A stretch of 63,397 nt of DNA, the filler included, from Trichomonas gallinae (Eukaryota): the NCBI GenBank assembly GCA_008369845.1. It is 10 parts of 10 records of this genome, joined end to end, with 100 filler letters (N's around TTAATTAATTAA, not from the genome) between each part and the next. Parts side by side here need not be neighbours in the genome. Positions count along the whole stretch, not along the records: positions 29,341 to 42,337 come from MRSU01001428.1; positions 42,438 to 45,277 come from MRSU01001431.1; positions 45,378 to 47,340 come from MRSU01001435.1; 7 more parts are not named here. One strand, 5' to 3'. Shown here one piece after another: positions 36,211 through 45,565 of this stretch (its first letter is position 1; each line of letters starts with the position of its first letter). The position numbers were made by a program, and so were the translations under genes. Below the pieces are notes generated by a model. It was not told the DNA's origin and made no database searches. It saw only the letters and a program-made list of their open reading frames with translations.

Positions 36211-38049
36211 ATGAAAGGATTTAACACTCGTAGAGGAGTTTCAGCGCATAACGACGAAATTCTTTTTGATCCACTCCCGCAGCCCTATCGTTTTATTTCT
36301 AAAATATTAGTACAAACCATAGAAGAAGCAATAAATCTCGCAGAAGATGGCGGTTCTACTGAAGCACAAAACGCTTTTGTATGCCATAATCTGCGCCTCA
36401 CGAAAGTTGGTAAAATTCCAATTGTGTCTTTAGACAAATACGTAACTTCAACGGAATTATCAGAAAATGAAATTACAAATTATCAGATTTACGCGAATAC
36501 AAAGAATCTTTTATTTGGAACATCGGTTGGTACGGTCCATATTTACAATCCCGAGTCAAAACAAAACTTATTGACTATAAATGTCTCATCTATCTCGAAA
36601 TTCGCTCAAGGATCAATTGCACACTTATCATCGTTCGAAACAGACTACGAAAATAACATTATTGTGTTCACTTGCGAAGAATCTGCGTTTATTGCATTTA
36701 TCTCAAATTCTTTTCAAGTTCGCGGCACATTAGAAATAGATATCACGCAATTTCATCAAGATACATTAACAATTACTCGAAGTTCTGATTTTTATGTTGT
36801 TTTCACAGATGGAACAGGAAAATGCATTGTTTACGACTGCCATTCCCCGCAAGAGTTCCAAGCACAAGACACAAACAGCCAAAAAGCTCCAACATCGAAA
36901 GCTTTGAACATAGAGCCAATTTTCGAAACAGAAAAATGTTTAGTATCGAATCAACCAGTGAATTCAGAACAGTCTACAGCAATTAAGATAGAAGATCCTG
37001 CAACAAAGAAGAAGAATGCAAGAAAAAACAAGCTTCCGCCAGCTAAAGGTAAAATGAGAAATAGATCTCCTTCAAACTTAACAGCAGAAGCTATTGCTCC
37101 AATTGTAATAACTCACTACAATGCAACGATATTCGTTCATGAAGGACATATCCTTGTTTACTATGAAGGATTCCAAGTTTTATTATTATTCCAATATACT
37201 CCTCAATTGCAGCAAGTTTCAGACTTTTTGTTGCCTTCTAAAGTCATGTGTATGTGCGAAGTAACAAAAGGTGTGATTGCTTTCGGTTTTGAAAACGGAT
37301 CAATTTGTGTTTTGAATATTAAGCGAAGAGCGATCTCAGCACACACGTTCCAAAAGAAAGGAGCAATAAAGAAGATAAAAGCAATCGATAATATCATATA
37401 CACGATGACAAATGCAAGAAATATCACTGCATACGAATTCGACGGCAAAAAGGTAGTAGGGGAACTGTTTTCTTTCAGCGATGAAGATGTCATTGATATG
37501 GTCTCGGCATCGTCAATGCTTGTCACTGTGATTGGCAGGCCTTCTGATGCAGGTTTGTGCAGCTATTTGAGCAAAAAGTTGGATTTTTCTGGATTGACTT
37601 TAGATTTGATTCCAACTGTTTCTTTCATGAACCCGAATGGAAAATATATAGGAACAATAAGAACGCCATCAAATTTGGATCACATTGACATACTTTGGGG
37701 AAATAATTTTGCGATTTTCGTTTATAAGGATCCGAAAGAGTATCTCGTCCCAGCTGCAAAGACAGCGCCACAGCCAGCACACGGAAAGAAGGGACTGAGC
37801 CCGAAAGCAGACAAAAAGCAAACATCATCAAAAGTGAAATCCACGAAGTCTATAAAGGATATGAAGAAGGCTGTCGAAGAAGCGAAAGAAGAGCCAGAGC
37901 CAATGGTTATCATGAGGAGAGAAATCATTGGTTTTATGTATATCGATGAAGTTAAAAAAGAATTTGAAGATGCTGCAACTCAACTAGAAAGGGCTGCAAA
38001 TGAAAGACTTTTGTCCGTTGCAAAAAGCCAAAAAAATAAAGATAAGTGA
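36211..38049 (+). CDS. WD40 beta-propeller protein, WDR93-like (ciliary)
   Basis: N-terminal DPLPQPYRFISKIL resembles the conserved WDR93 LPQP(Y/F)R motif; beta-strand repeats follow. Confidence 0.6.
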   Translation: MKGFNTRRGVSAHNDEILFDPLPQPYRFISKILVQTIEEAINLAEDGGSTEAQNAFVCHNLRLTKVGKIPIVSLDKYVTSTELSENEITNYQIYANTKNLLFGTSVGTVHIYNPESKQNLLTINVSSISKFAQGSIAHLSSFETDYENNIIVFTCEESAFIAFISNSFQVRGTLEIDITQFHQDTLTITRSSDFYVVFTDGTGKCIVYDCHSPQEFQAQDTNSQKAPTSKALNIEPIFETEKCLVSNQPVNSEQSTAIKIEDPATKKKNARKNKLPPAKGKMRNRSPSNLTAEAIAPIVITHYNATIFVHEGHILVYYEGFQVLLLFQYTPQLQQVSDFLLPSKVMCMCEVTKGVIAFGFENGSICVLNIKRRAISAHTFQKKGAIKKIKAIDNIIYTMTNARNITAYEFDGKKVVGELFSFSDEDVIDMVSASSMLVTVIGRPSDAGLCSYLSKKLDFSGLTLDLIPTVSFMNPNGKYIGTIRTPSNLDHIDILWGNNFAIFVYKDPKEYLVPAAKTAPQPAHGKKGLSPKADKKQTSSKVKSTKSIKDMKKAVEEAKEEPEPMVIMRREIIGFMYIDEVKKEFEDAATQLERAANERLLSVAKSQKNKDK

Positions 38050-38354
38050 GAATACTTTAAGTAGGATTAGTACGTGCAATGTATAATAGAATAATTCATG
38101 TGGTGAACGCATGGGTAATCTCATATGTATTAAAATGTTATTTAATCTTAATCACTTTACTTCATAAGCAAGTATCTTATTATCTCTCCTTTTTCTTCAC
38201 ATCATCAAAAATAATTTAAACGAGGAGCAATCTCAACTCTTGATTGATTCGATCCTTAGATATCTTATATATACCATGTTCCTCACATTTATATAATACT
38301 TGCAAAATTTGAAACAATTTCCTAGAGCTTTTCGAAAAGTTTTCATATCATATA

Positions 38355-38650
38355 GAACTAATCGACAAAATTGTAAAGAACTAAGGTGACAAAATGAGAA
38401 ATTTGAGAATTTTACATGACAAAATTGTAAAATGTCAGAAAGACAAATGACGAAAAAATTGAGAATTTTACATGACAAAATTGTAAATTTCAAAATGTCA
38501 AATTGCAAGAAATTTGAGTAATTTACATGACAAAATTGAAAAATACCAAAATGTCAAAATTTAAGAAATTTGAGTAATTTACATGACAGATTGTAAAATG
38601 GTAAATTGGCAAATGACAAGAATATTGAGAATTTTAATTGACAAAAGTCA
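38355..38650 (+). repeat. Degenerate ~56-bp tandem repeat containing TTTACATGACA
   Basis: TTTACATGACA at about 38411, 38467, 38522 and 38578 within AAATT(T)GAG..TTTACATGACAAAATTG units. Confidence 0.8.
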
Positions 38651-38695
38651 GAATAAATTTTGACTATTCATAATTTTGGCATATTTTAATTTCAC

Positions 38696-39796
38696 ATGGC
38701 ACAGAAAAACACTCATCTTTGGATTGGAGGCACTGCAATCTTTGAGTCTGAGGAACAGTTGCTTGATGAAGTCAAGGCGGCAACAGGAATTACACCAGTA
38801 AACGTTCGTTTAATCAGAGATACAACAACCGGTCAATTAGCCGGCTACGGATTCATCAAATTCCAAAACGCATCAGATGCTACTGAAGCTCTCCGCATGC
38901 TGAAGGGATCAATCATCAGAATAAAGCCAACTCTCAGATGGACGGTAAATTGGGGAACAGACAAAAATGAAGTTACAGACGCTGACAGCTTTGCCAAAGC
39001 TGAAGGATACTCTTGCTATGTTGGAAACCTCCCAACAACGGTCGATGATGAGCAGCTCCTGGCTTTTTTCAGATCGCATATCCCAACAGCAATTAATTCA
39101 CGTGTTATTTACCAGAATGGAGTTCACAAAGGCTTCGCATTCGTCAAATTCTCTACTCACCAGGAGGTTATCGATGCGTGCAACAAATTAAATGGAATTA
39201 GCGCGTGGGGCCGTTCTATTAAGGTTTTAGAAGCAGAAAATAACAGAACTCTTGACGTTAACCAAGATACAAATACAATTTTATTCTTATCTCAGCTCGA
39301 TCCAAATATCGTCACTGAAGAAATTTTGATTGAGACATTCAGCAGATTTGGTACTGTTATTTACGCTAAGATAGACCCACAGAAGCCGCAGTGGGCTCTC
39401 GTTAAGATGGAAACTCACTCTCAAGCAGAAAGTGCTTTGAATGATTTGCAAGGAGCCAAATTTGGCGGTATTACTAAAGCAATTATTGCATGGGGCAGAG
39501 ATGTTACTGCTACAACACAGTCAGAAAAATCAAATCGCATCAAGATTCCGTATTTCAAACCACAAAACAAAGACAAGAAAGCTCATGCTGAGTTTTACAA
39601 CAAGGAGAATGTCCATAAGATCATAAATATTATCCAAACAGTCGCTGAATGCCAGAGAGAGCATCCATTAGAAGATCGCAATCCGAAAAGAGCAAATCGC
39701 GCCTATGCAGCAAGCCAAGTATCTTTAATGAACCTTTATAATATGGAATGCTTCTCAGACTATGTTAATAATGAGCAAAAACTTTGGTATTTTTAA
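38696..39796 (+). CDS. Three-RRM RNA-binding protein (Nam8/RBP45/TRNAU1AP-like)
   Basis: RNP motifs LWIGG/GYGFIKF, CYVGNL/KGFAFVKF and LFLSQL; the WTVNWG and IIAWGR domain ends are typical of the family. Confidence 0.88.
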   Translation: MAQKNTHLWIGGTAIFESEEQLLDEVKAATGITPVNVRLIRDTTTGQLAGYGFIKFQNASDATEALRMLKGSIIRIKPTLRWTVNWGTDKNEVTDADSFAKAEGYSCYVGNLPTTVDDEQLLAFFRSHIPTAINSRVIYQNGVHKGFAFVKFSTHQEVIDACNKLNGISAWGRSIKVLEAENNRTLDVNQDTNTILFLSQLDPNIVTEEILIETFSRFGTVIYAKIDPQKPQWALVKMETHSQAESALNDLQGAKFGGITKAIIAWGRDVTATTQSEKSNRIKIPYFKPQNKDKKAHAEFYNKENVHKIINIIQTVAECQREHPLEDRNPKRANRAYAASQVSLMNLYNMECFSDYVNNEQKLWYF

Positions 39797-40180
39797 TTTG
39801 AAATATTATTTTGCATTTTGATATAATATCTTTATCAATGCTTTGTTAATTACCAACTAACATAAATAATACTGTTTTTTACCTTATATAACGTTATATT
39901 TAATTCTCATATTCTCTATTTTCGAAATATCTTTATACTTCTATAATTTAAACAGTTGAATGCTGCATAAATATAATGTGAAACTGCTTAGTTACATTAT
40001 ATACATATATAATATCAAATTAAATTTTTCATCATTACATACTCGATAGTAGGATGCTTTATATCATTTAATTTCAATATATAAAGTCATTTACTATAGA
40101 TATTAATTAATTAAACTACTGCAAATTTCCTATATATATATTTATAAACATGATATCATGATATATATATATATATTAAA

Positions 40181-41950
40181 TTATTGGTAAGGGTTTGCAT
40201 ATTGATCTTGATAAACAGGTTGTGGTGCGTATTGAGGAGGGCTGTAAGGTGGCTGAGAGTTAGACGATTGACCATTATATGGAGGTGGATAAGAAAGAGG
40301 AGCCGCAGCAACATATTGGCTGTTGTATGGAGTTGCGTAAGTTGGTGGAGGTGGATACTGTTGTGCATTTGGAGGTGGGTATTGTGGTGCGTTTGGAGGT
40401 GGGTATTGTGGTGCATTTGGATGTGGGTATTGTGGTGTGTTTGAAGGTGGGGACTGTTGTGGTCGAGGCGGACCAGATGGTGTTGGAGATGGAGAACCAC
40501 CAGCATTGTTGCGACGATGAGATGATGAAGAGGTACTTGAAGACGATTGTTTGACGCGAGATTTCGACCTGCACTTGCGGCAGCAGAAGATTATACAGAC
40601 AATTACGGAAATTATTATCAAAATAAAAATAACTATAAAAACAATGAGGCCTACAGAAAATTTTCTATCAGGTGAATCATGTGGATTATTTGAATTCAGA
40701 TTTGCAACCTTAGAACCGGAAATTGAGTATGTTTTGTTGGTGTTTGTGCCATCTCTAATTAAGAGTTTGTTTCTCGATTTGTAATTGTCGTGAGAATCGA
40801 ATTTTGTTTTTTCCCGAGAGTCTGAAATCACGACCTGAATAGGGCTATCGAATGTCATCTTATCAGAAATGACGTAATTTCTCGTACCACTTTCAGTATA
40901 ATAACTAATCGAAGAATCTGGTATAACGTCTATAGTTGCTTCAAAATTAGGAATATAAACACATGTTTGGATTAGTTGTTTCGTATGAACGATGAAATCA
41001 GCTTGATTTGCAACAATAATTTCATCACAATATCTAGTGGAAAAGGCATCTTTGAACACATAAAAATAAATTTGACGACTGCCATCGTTGGTGGAAAGTA
41101 AAACTGCACCTGCAGCAACAAAGGAAACGGCTTTAATTCCTGTATTACCAAGAATATCTAGCGTTTTTGATCCAACTCTTGCAGTTCCAATAATGTTTGA
41201 ATCTGAGTCAGGGAAAACGATAAAGTATCCACTATCAACCAATTTTGTCAGTGGTGTGCTGCTTAATGTAAGAGTGTTTTCGCCAATTGCTACTGAAGGC
41301 ACTGTACTAAATTTCGCGTTGAATCCAGGCACGGTGTACCAATTGCCTTGATCAAATGTTGCTTGCGAAAAGGATTTCACGCCCATTTCTGTACCACTTT
41401 TAATCACACTTCCATCCATTGATATTTTAATACCAATAGAGTTGGATCCCAATTCCGTTCTGGATGAAACTTCAGACATGCTTGATGTAAAGTCATATGT
41501 AGTGGTATAATAAAGTTTGTCAGAGCTTTCAGTGCTATATGATTTGTAAAGGTTATATATCAATGAATTTTGATAATGGAAGAGAATACAATACGTATTA
41601 CTATTTGATAAGTCTGAAGAAGTTAATGTGTAAGATCTAGATGTAGGGCCATCAATTATAACGTCAACATAATCACACTGGAAGCTGAGAATGAAAACTG
41701 AAAAATAAATAACTGATTCTGTACTGGAGGAAACTGTAATTGAGGATGGACTTCTATATACTGGCTGAAGTTGAGATCCATCTGCTGTTGTCCAAGATGA
41801 AGATTTCGAAAAGGCAACAACAACGAATCCAGAATAAAGGTTTATATTGAAATTGATGGTCTCTGTTCCATCTACCCTCTCCTGGTGATATCCAAGTGTT
41901 GATATGGAAATTGTCTGTAAAGTTATGTAGGGGAATAAGAAGAGTAACAT
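40181..41950 (-). CDS. Single-pass membrane protein with Cys-rich juxtamembrane segment and Pro/Tyr-rich tail
   Basis: Signal-like start, TM VGLIVFIVIFILIIISVIVCIIF, CCRKC, then 8-aa NAPQYPPP repeats. Confidence 0.85.
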   Translation of the reverse strand: MLLFLFPYITLQTISISTLGYHQERVDGTETINFNINLYSGFVVVAFSKSSSWTTADGSQLQPVYRSPSSITVSSSTESVIYFSVFILSFQCDYVDVIIDGPTSRSYTLTSSDLSNSNTYCILFHYQNSLIYNLYKSYSTESSDKLYYTTTYDFTSSMSEVSSRTELGSNSIGIKISMDGSVIKSGTEMGVKSFSQATFDQGNWYTVPGFNAKFSTVPSVAIGENTLTLSSTPLTKLVDSGYFIVFPDSDSNIIGTARVGSKTLDILGNTGIKAVSFVAAGAVLLSTNDGSRQIYFYVFKDAFSTRYCDEIIVANQADFIVHTKQLIQTCVYIPNFEATIDVIPDSSISYYTESGTRNYVISDKMTFDSPIQVVISDSREKTKFDSHDNYKSRNKLLIRDGTNTNKTYSISGSKVANLNSNNPHDSPDRKFSVGLIVFIVIFILIIISVIVCIIFCCRKCRSKSRVKQSSSSTSSSSHRRNNAGGSPSPTPSGPPRPQQSPPSNTPQYPHPNAPQYPPPNAPQYPPPNAQQYPPPPTYATPYNSQYVAAAPLSYPPPYNGQSSNSQPPYSPPQYAPQPVYQDQYANPYQ

Positions 41951-41984
41951 ATTGAAATAAAAATCGTTACTTTGATAAAATCTT

Positions 41985-42192
41985 TGTCATGTAAAGTAAA
42001 TTATTTTCAGATTACTAAATTTTGGCATGTAAAATATATTTGACTTGTAAAGTACATTTGATATGTAAAGTGATTGAATTGATTAATTTTTGACATGTAA
42101 AATAAATGGATTTCAGATTATTAGATTTTGACATGTAAAGAATATTTGATATGTAAAGTTATTGAATTGATTAATTTTTGACATGTAAAATA
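41985..42192 (+). repeat. Array of eight TGWCATGTAAA-like motifs with an ~88-bp tandem duplication
   Basis: Copies near 41986, 42023, 42041, 42059, 42091, 42129, 42147 and 42179, between divergent genes. Confidence 0.8.
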
Positions 42193-42235
42193 TACGTATT
42201 GACAGAATTATTGGACTAATGAAAACGTGACATGG

Positions 42236-42240
42236 CCTTT
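42236..42240 (+). promoter_or_regulatory. CCTTT (M5) alternative initiator of a ribosomal protein gene
   Basis: CCTTT ends 8 nt before the RPL3 ATG; it is the known trichomonad core element enriched in ribosomal protein genes. Confidence 0.7.
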
Positions 42241-42248
42241 TTGCTTGA

Positions 42249-42337
42249 ATGTCTCATCGTAAGTTCAATGCTCCACGCCGTGGTTCTCTCGGCTTCCTCC
42301 CACGTGGCCGTTCCCATGCCGTCCGTGGCCGCGTACG
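42249..42337 (+). CDS. RPL3: 60S ribosomal protein L3 (uL3), N-terminal fragment cut by gap
   Basis: Translated by hand: MSHRKFNAPRRGSLGFLPRGRSHAVRGRV, the conserved L3 N-terminus; absent from the ORF track. Confidence 0.95.
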
Positions 42338-42437
42338 NNNNNNNNNNNNNNNNNNNNNNNNNNNNNNNNNNNNNNNNNNNNTTAATTAATTAANNNNNNN
42401 NNNNNNNNNNNNNNNNNNNNNNNNNNNNNNNNNNNNN
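42338..42437. other. Artificial contig spacer
   Basis: N44-TTAATTAATTAA-N44. Confidence 0.98.
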
Positions 42438-42655
42438 GGAAGAATCATTTTATCAATACATTTATCGAGAATTACAATGATAATGAATGCTTGTCGCGGT
42501 TCTAAATTATCTTGATTTATTAATTGCAGTAAATTCATCAGCATTTCCATTGTTCTCTCATTCAGGTACTCATATAAAGTCTTTTGAGCGTTATCTAATT
42601 GCTCAGATTGAGTTAAAGCAAAAGCCGCGAAAATCAATTGTTTGAATTCTTCCAT
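42438..42655 (-). CDS. N-terminal fragment of an importin-beta/HEAT-like protein, cut by gap
   Basis: MEEFKQLIFAAF..LDNAQKTLYEY..RQAFIIIVIL resembles an importin-beta N-terminal domain. Confidence 0.5.
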
Positions 42656-42757
42656 AAAAATGAAAAATTTACATTAAAAATAATAGAAAAATGCTATAAT
42701 GCATGTCAAAGGACTTGACTTCATTTTTGATATAGGGTCTACAAATTCTCAATAGTT

Positions 42758-43174
42758 CTCGGTCTTCATTCTGCAGCTCCCTCCATGAAAGTGATATAGG
42801 GAGCTGCAGAGTGAAGACCGAGGCTTTTTTGGCTTTTGCCCGAAATGTTCTTAGATAATTTCGGGCGAAGGCCTAAAAGCAAACGATCGGAAGAGGTCAA
42901 GACACATCTGGTAGATATTCTCTACCAGATGCGTCTTGACCTCTTCTGGCGTGCTCGGAAAGTTCTGTAAGAAGGAACTTCTCCGGCCTTGCTGCCATTG
43001 CTAGTACATCAGCTAGTAATGTCACCAAGGCCAGAGAAATTTAGTTTTGTTGGTCCTGTCATAAATCTTATTTTGTAATTCAGCTTCAGACTTCGGACGG
43101 GACCAGTTTCCTGCGAGGATTTTGCACATAGAGAGCTTCCTGAATCTATCTGTGTGCAAAATCCTCGCAGGAAG
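42758..43174 (+). ncRNA. Putative structured ncRNA: six tandem long hairpins (pri-miRNA/siRNA-cluster-like)
   Basis: Hand-paired stems: 42758-42822 (25 bp), 42823-42880 (~22 bp), 42883-42952 (~31 bp), 42979-43038 (24 of 27 pairs), 43050-43106 (11-bp base plus symmetric mismatches), 43107-43174 (26 contiguous bp). G-U pairs on the + strand far outnumber A-C mismatches. Confidence 0.7.
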
Positions 43175-43724
43175 TCGCCAAATCATTTCTATTTTCAATC
43201 TGTCTGTCATATTTGACATGTAAACTGTGGAGTTTGAAAAGAATCTTTTTGTTCAAGCTAGAGCAAGAAACTTCTTGGACCCTAATAATATTATATAAAT
43301 ATAATGAGTTCTAGCTTCAACTATGTATTCAACATTCAATATTATTTTCAAAATCCTCTATTCCTCCCATTATATGTTTGAAGATCTTGAACATTATTAT
43401 GCATACTCATGGCAACTTAAAATATTATAATAAATACTCTATAATACTATATTATGTCAATATTAAATAGATATTAATCACTATTTTAATTTACTCTATA
43501 ATTTAGTTGTATATTGGTTGGTTATCGAGTTGAAAATCATCTAAATGATAAATTATATGCATGTTATGTTTGAAAATTGAAAGATGTTGATTAGATATTG
43601 AGCAATAATCTATATTTCTAAAAACAGATTTGAAAAATAATCTTATTGCTGTAATTAGATGCTAATAAACTAGAAATAAAGAAATTTGGAATTTACATAA
43701 TAAAAACGTGACAAATATAGGAGA

Positions 43725-44285
43725 ATGGGTAAAACAATTGCTGAAGCATTAAAAAGTGTTTTATATGACTTCGAATCTAAGGATGAAATATTATTCGAGG
43801 AAGTAGATCTCGACCCATTAATCCCTACAATGCCTAGCGCTTCTTTCCAAGTTAAAACAAATCTTAAAAAGAGCACAAAGACATTTATCGATACGAGTGC
43901 GCTGACAAAAGAATCTATTAACGCTGCTAAAGTTAAGCGAGCTGAGCAAAAAGGCTCAAATGAAAAAGAAGAATTATTAAGGAAGAGTATTGAGCTTGAA
44001 AACCTGATTAAAGAGAAAGAGAAGATGGTTGAGGAGCTTGCAAAACAAAAGAAAGAATTACAACTTCAATTGCAAACTTTTCGTGGAAGATCTTCAATCA
44101 GATCCAATAGACCAGGTACAAGATCAACAGCAGCTGATAGAGAAGTTAGAAGATGGAAAGAATTACGTGATAAAGCTGAAGCTGAATATAACAACCTTAG
44201 ACAAGAGCTATCAAGCAAAGGCATCATCGTTAGAAAGTCGAGCAATGCTGTTCACGCAATCCCTGAACCAAAGCAACCACGCTAG
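43725..44285 (+). CDS. Coiled-coil hypothetical protein
   Basis: 186-aa K/E-rich ORF. Confidence 0.75.
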   Translation: MGKTIAEALKSVLYDFESKDEILFEEVDLDPLIPTMPSASFQVKTNLKKSTKTFIDTSALTKESINAAKVKRAEQKGSNEKEELLRKSIELENLIKEKEKMVEELAKQKKELQLQLQTFRGRSSIRSNRPGTRSTAADREVRRWKELRDKAEAEYNNLRQELSSKGIIVRKSSNAVHAIPEPKQPR

Positions 44286-44623
44286 GGAAGTTCTCAAAAA
44301 ACGTTTTTTAATTTTGTTTCATTTTCCAAAACTCCACTCTATATTGCTTTTAAGTAATGTACGAAGTCCATTGAATTGGTTTACATTCTTTCTGAGTCTT
44401 GTTTTACTTATTTAATCTTCAAATTTTTAATGTAATTAATTCCTAGCAAATTAGTATTATTTGTATTAATCCTGAAAGGAAGAACAATCTATGGGACACC
44501 AAAATGGTTCCAAATACTTATAATTTAAAGATCTAAAATTTATATTTAGTATAAATAACAAAATATTTCGAAGTAACAAGTAATAACAGCAGCTGTGAAC
44601 ATACATAATATAGTCTGACGAAT

Positions 44624-45130
44624 TTATGGATTTGTGGCAGGTGCCTTTTCTTTTTCTGGCTGTGGTTTATCTGCTGGAGGCGGCGGTGGTGGGCTGTTAA
44701 CAACTGGCGGTTCAAAGGCCGTTGCAGGTACCATAGGAATTGGATTTTCGATTAAATTTTTAATTCTTGTGTGTAATTTCTTGAATTTCATCATCCACTT
44801 TTCATTTATTGTTTGTGGATAATTTTGTAATTTATTTTCAAACCATTTCGATAAATCTGCGGCAATTAAATATTTTGGATCATCTGTTTGGTAATAAATC
44901 ATTGCATTATACCAAATAAGTCTAATATCAGAAGCAAATTCCATAACTGTCTGATATTTATAGCTTTTGAGGCTTAACTGGACTTGGGCTAAATTCATTG
45001 GCTGTTTAACAATTTCATTGTATCTTGGATTTATATCAGTTGCAACTGGTTGTTTGAACGGGCCTGATGTTGGCTTCTTATCAAGTTTCTCAAGGATTTT
45101 CTTACACCATTCATGTTGGAAACCCTTCAT
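44624..45130 (-). CDS. Bromodomain-containing protein
   Basis: PFKQPV, YNEIVKQPMNL, FASDIRLIWYNAMIYY; Pro-rich tail. Confidence 0.92.
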   Translation of the reverse strand: MKGFQHEWCKKILEKLDKKPTSGPFKQPVATDINPRYNEIVKQPMNLAQVQLSLKSYKYQTVMEFASDIRLIWYNAMIYYQTDDPKYLIAADLSKWFENKLQNYPQTINEKWMMKFKKLHTRIKNLIENPIPMVPATAFEPPVVNSPPPPPPADKPQPEKEKAPATNP

Positions 45131-45277
45131 ATGTTTTTTTGAAAAATGTGACGATAATATTTACATGTCATAATTGTTTTTGCCACCAATTGTTTACATA
45201 TAAAGGTTGTCCGGCAGAAAAATACAACTAAAAATTCTGTAAATTAATAATATAGAATGAGCACATAGTGACCATTA

Positions 45278-45377
45278 NNNNNNNNNNNNNNNNNNNNNNN
45301 NNNNNNNNNNNNNNNNNNNNNTTAATTAATTAANNNNNNNNNNNNNNNNNNNNNNNNNNNNNNNNNNNNNNNNNNNN
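45278..45377. other. Artificial contig spacer
   Basis: N44-TTAATTAATTAA-N44. Confidence 0.98.
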
Positions 45378-45410
<33 letters not shown>

Positions 45411-45565
45411 CAATACGGGCGTGAAAGCAATTGTTAAAATTTTATAAAATTGCAATATTTATAATATATGATAGTTTTCGTTTTCATTTTTAATAATATT
45501 TGAATTGATAACAAGTATTTCGGCATATGTATTTAAAATATTGTGATTATAAAAGTAGTAGATCA

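Noticed and set aside
42751..42790. ATAGTTCTCGGTCTT resembles the U2 snRNA 5' end
   Set aside because: No branch-point recognition sequence GTGTAGTA follows, and the segment is locked in a 25-bp stem.
42758..43174. CRISPR-like array interpretation of the hairpins
   Set aside because: There is no conserved direct repeat between units and no cas-like gene; each hairpin is a unique sequence.
43022..43219. 65-aa minus-strand ORF over the hairpin array
   Set aside because: Its internal repetition (LPARILHTDR..SMCKILAGN) is a by-product of the inverted repeat; no coding signature.
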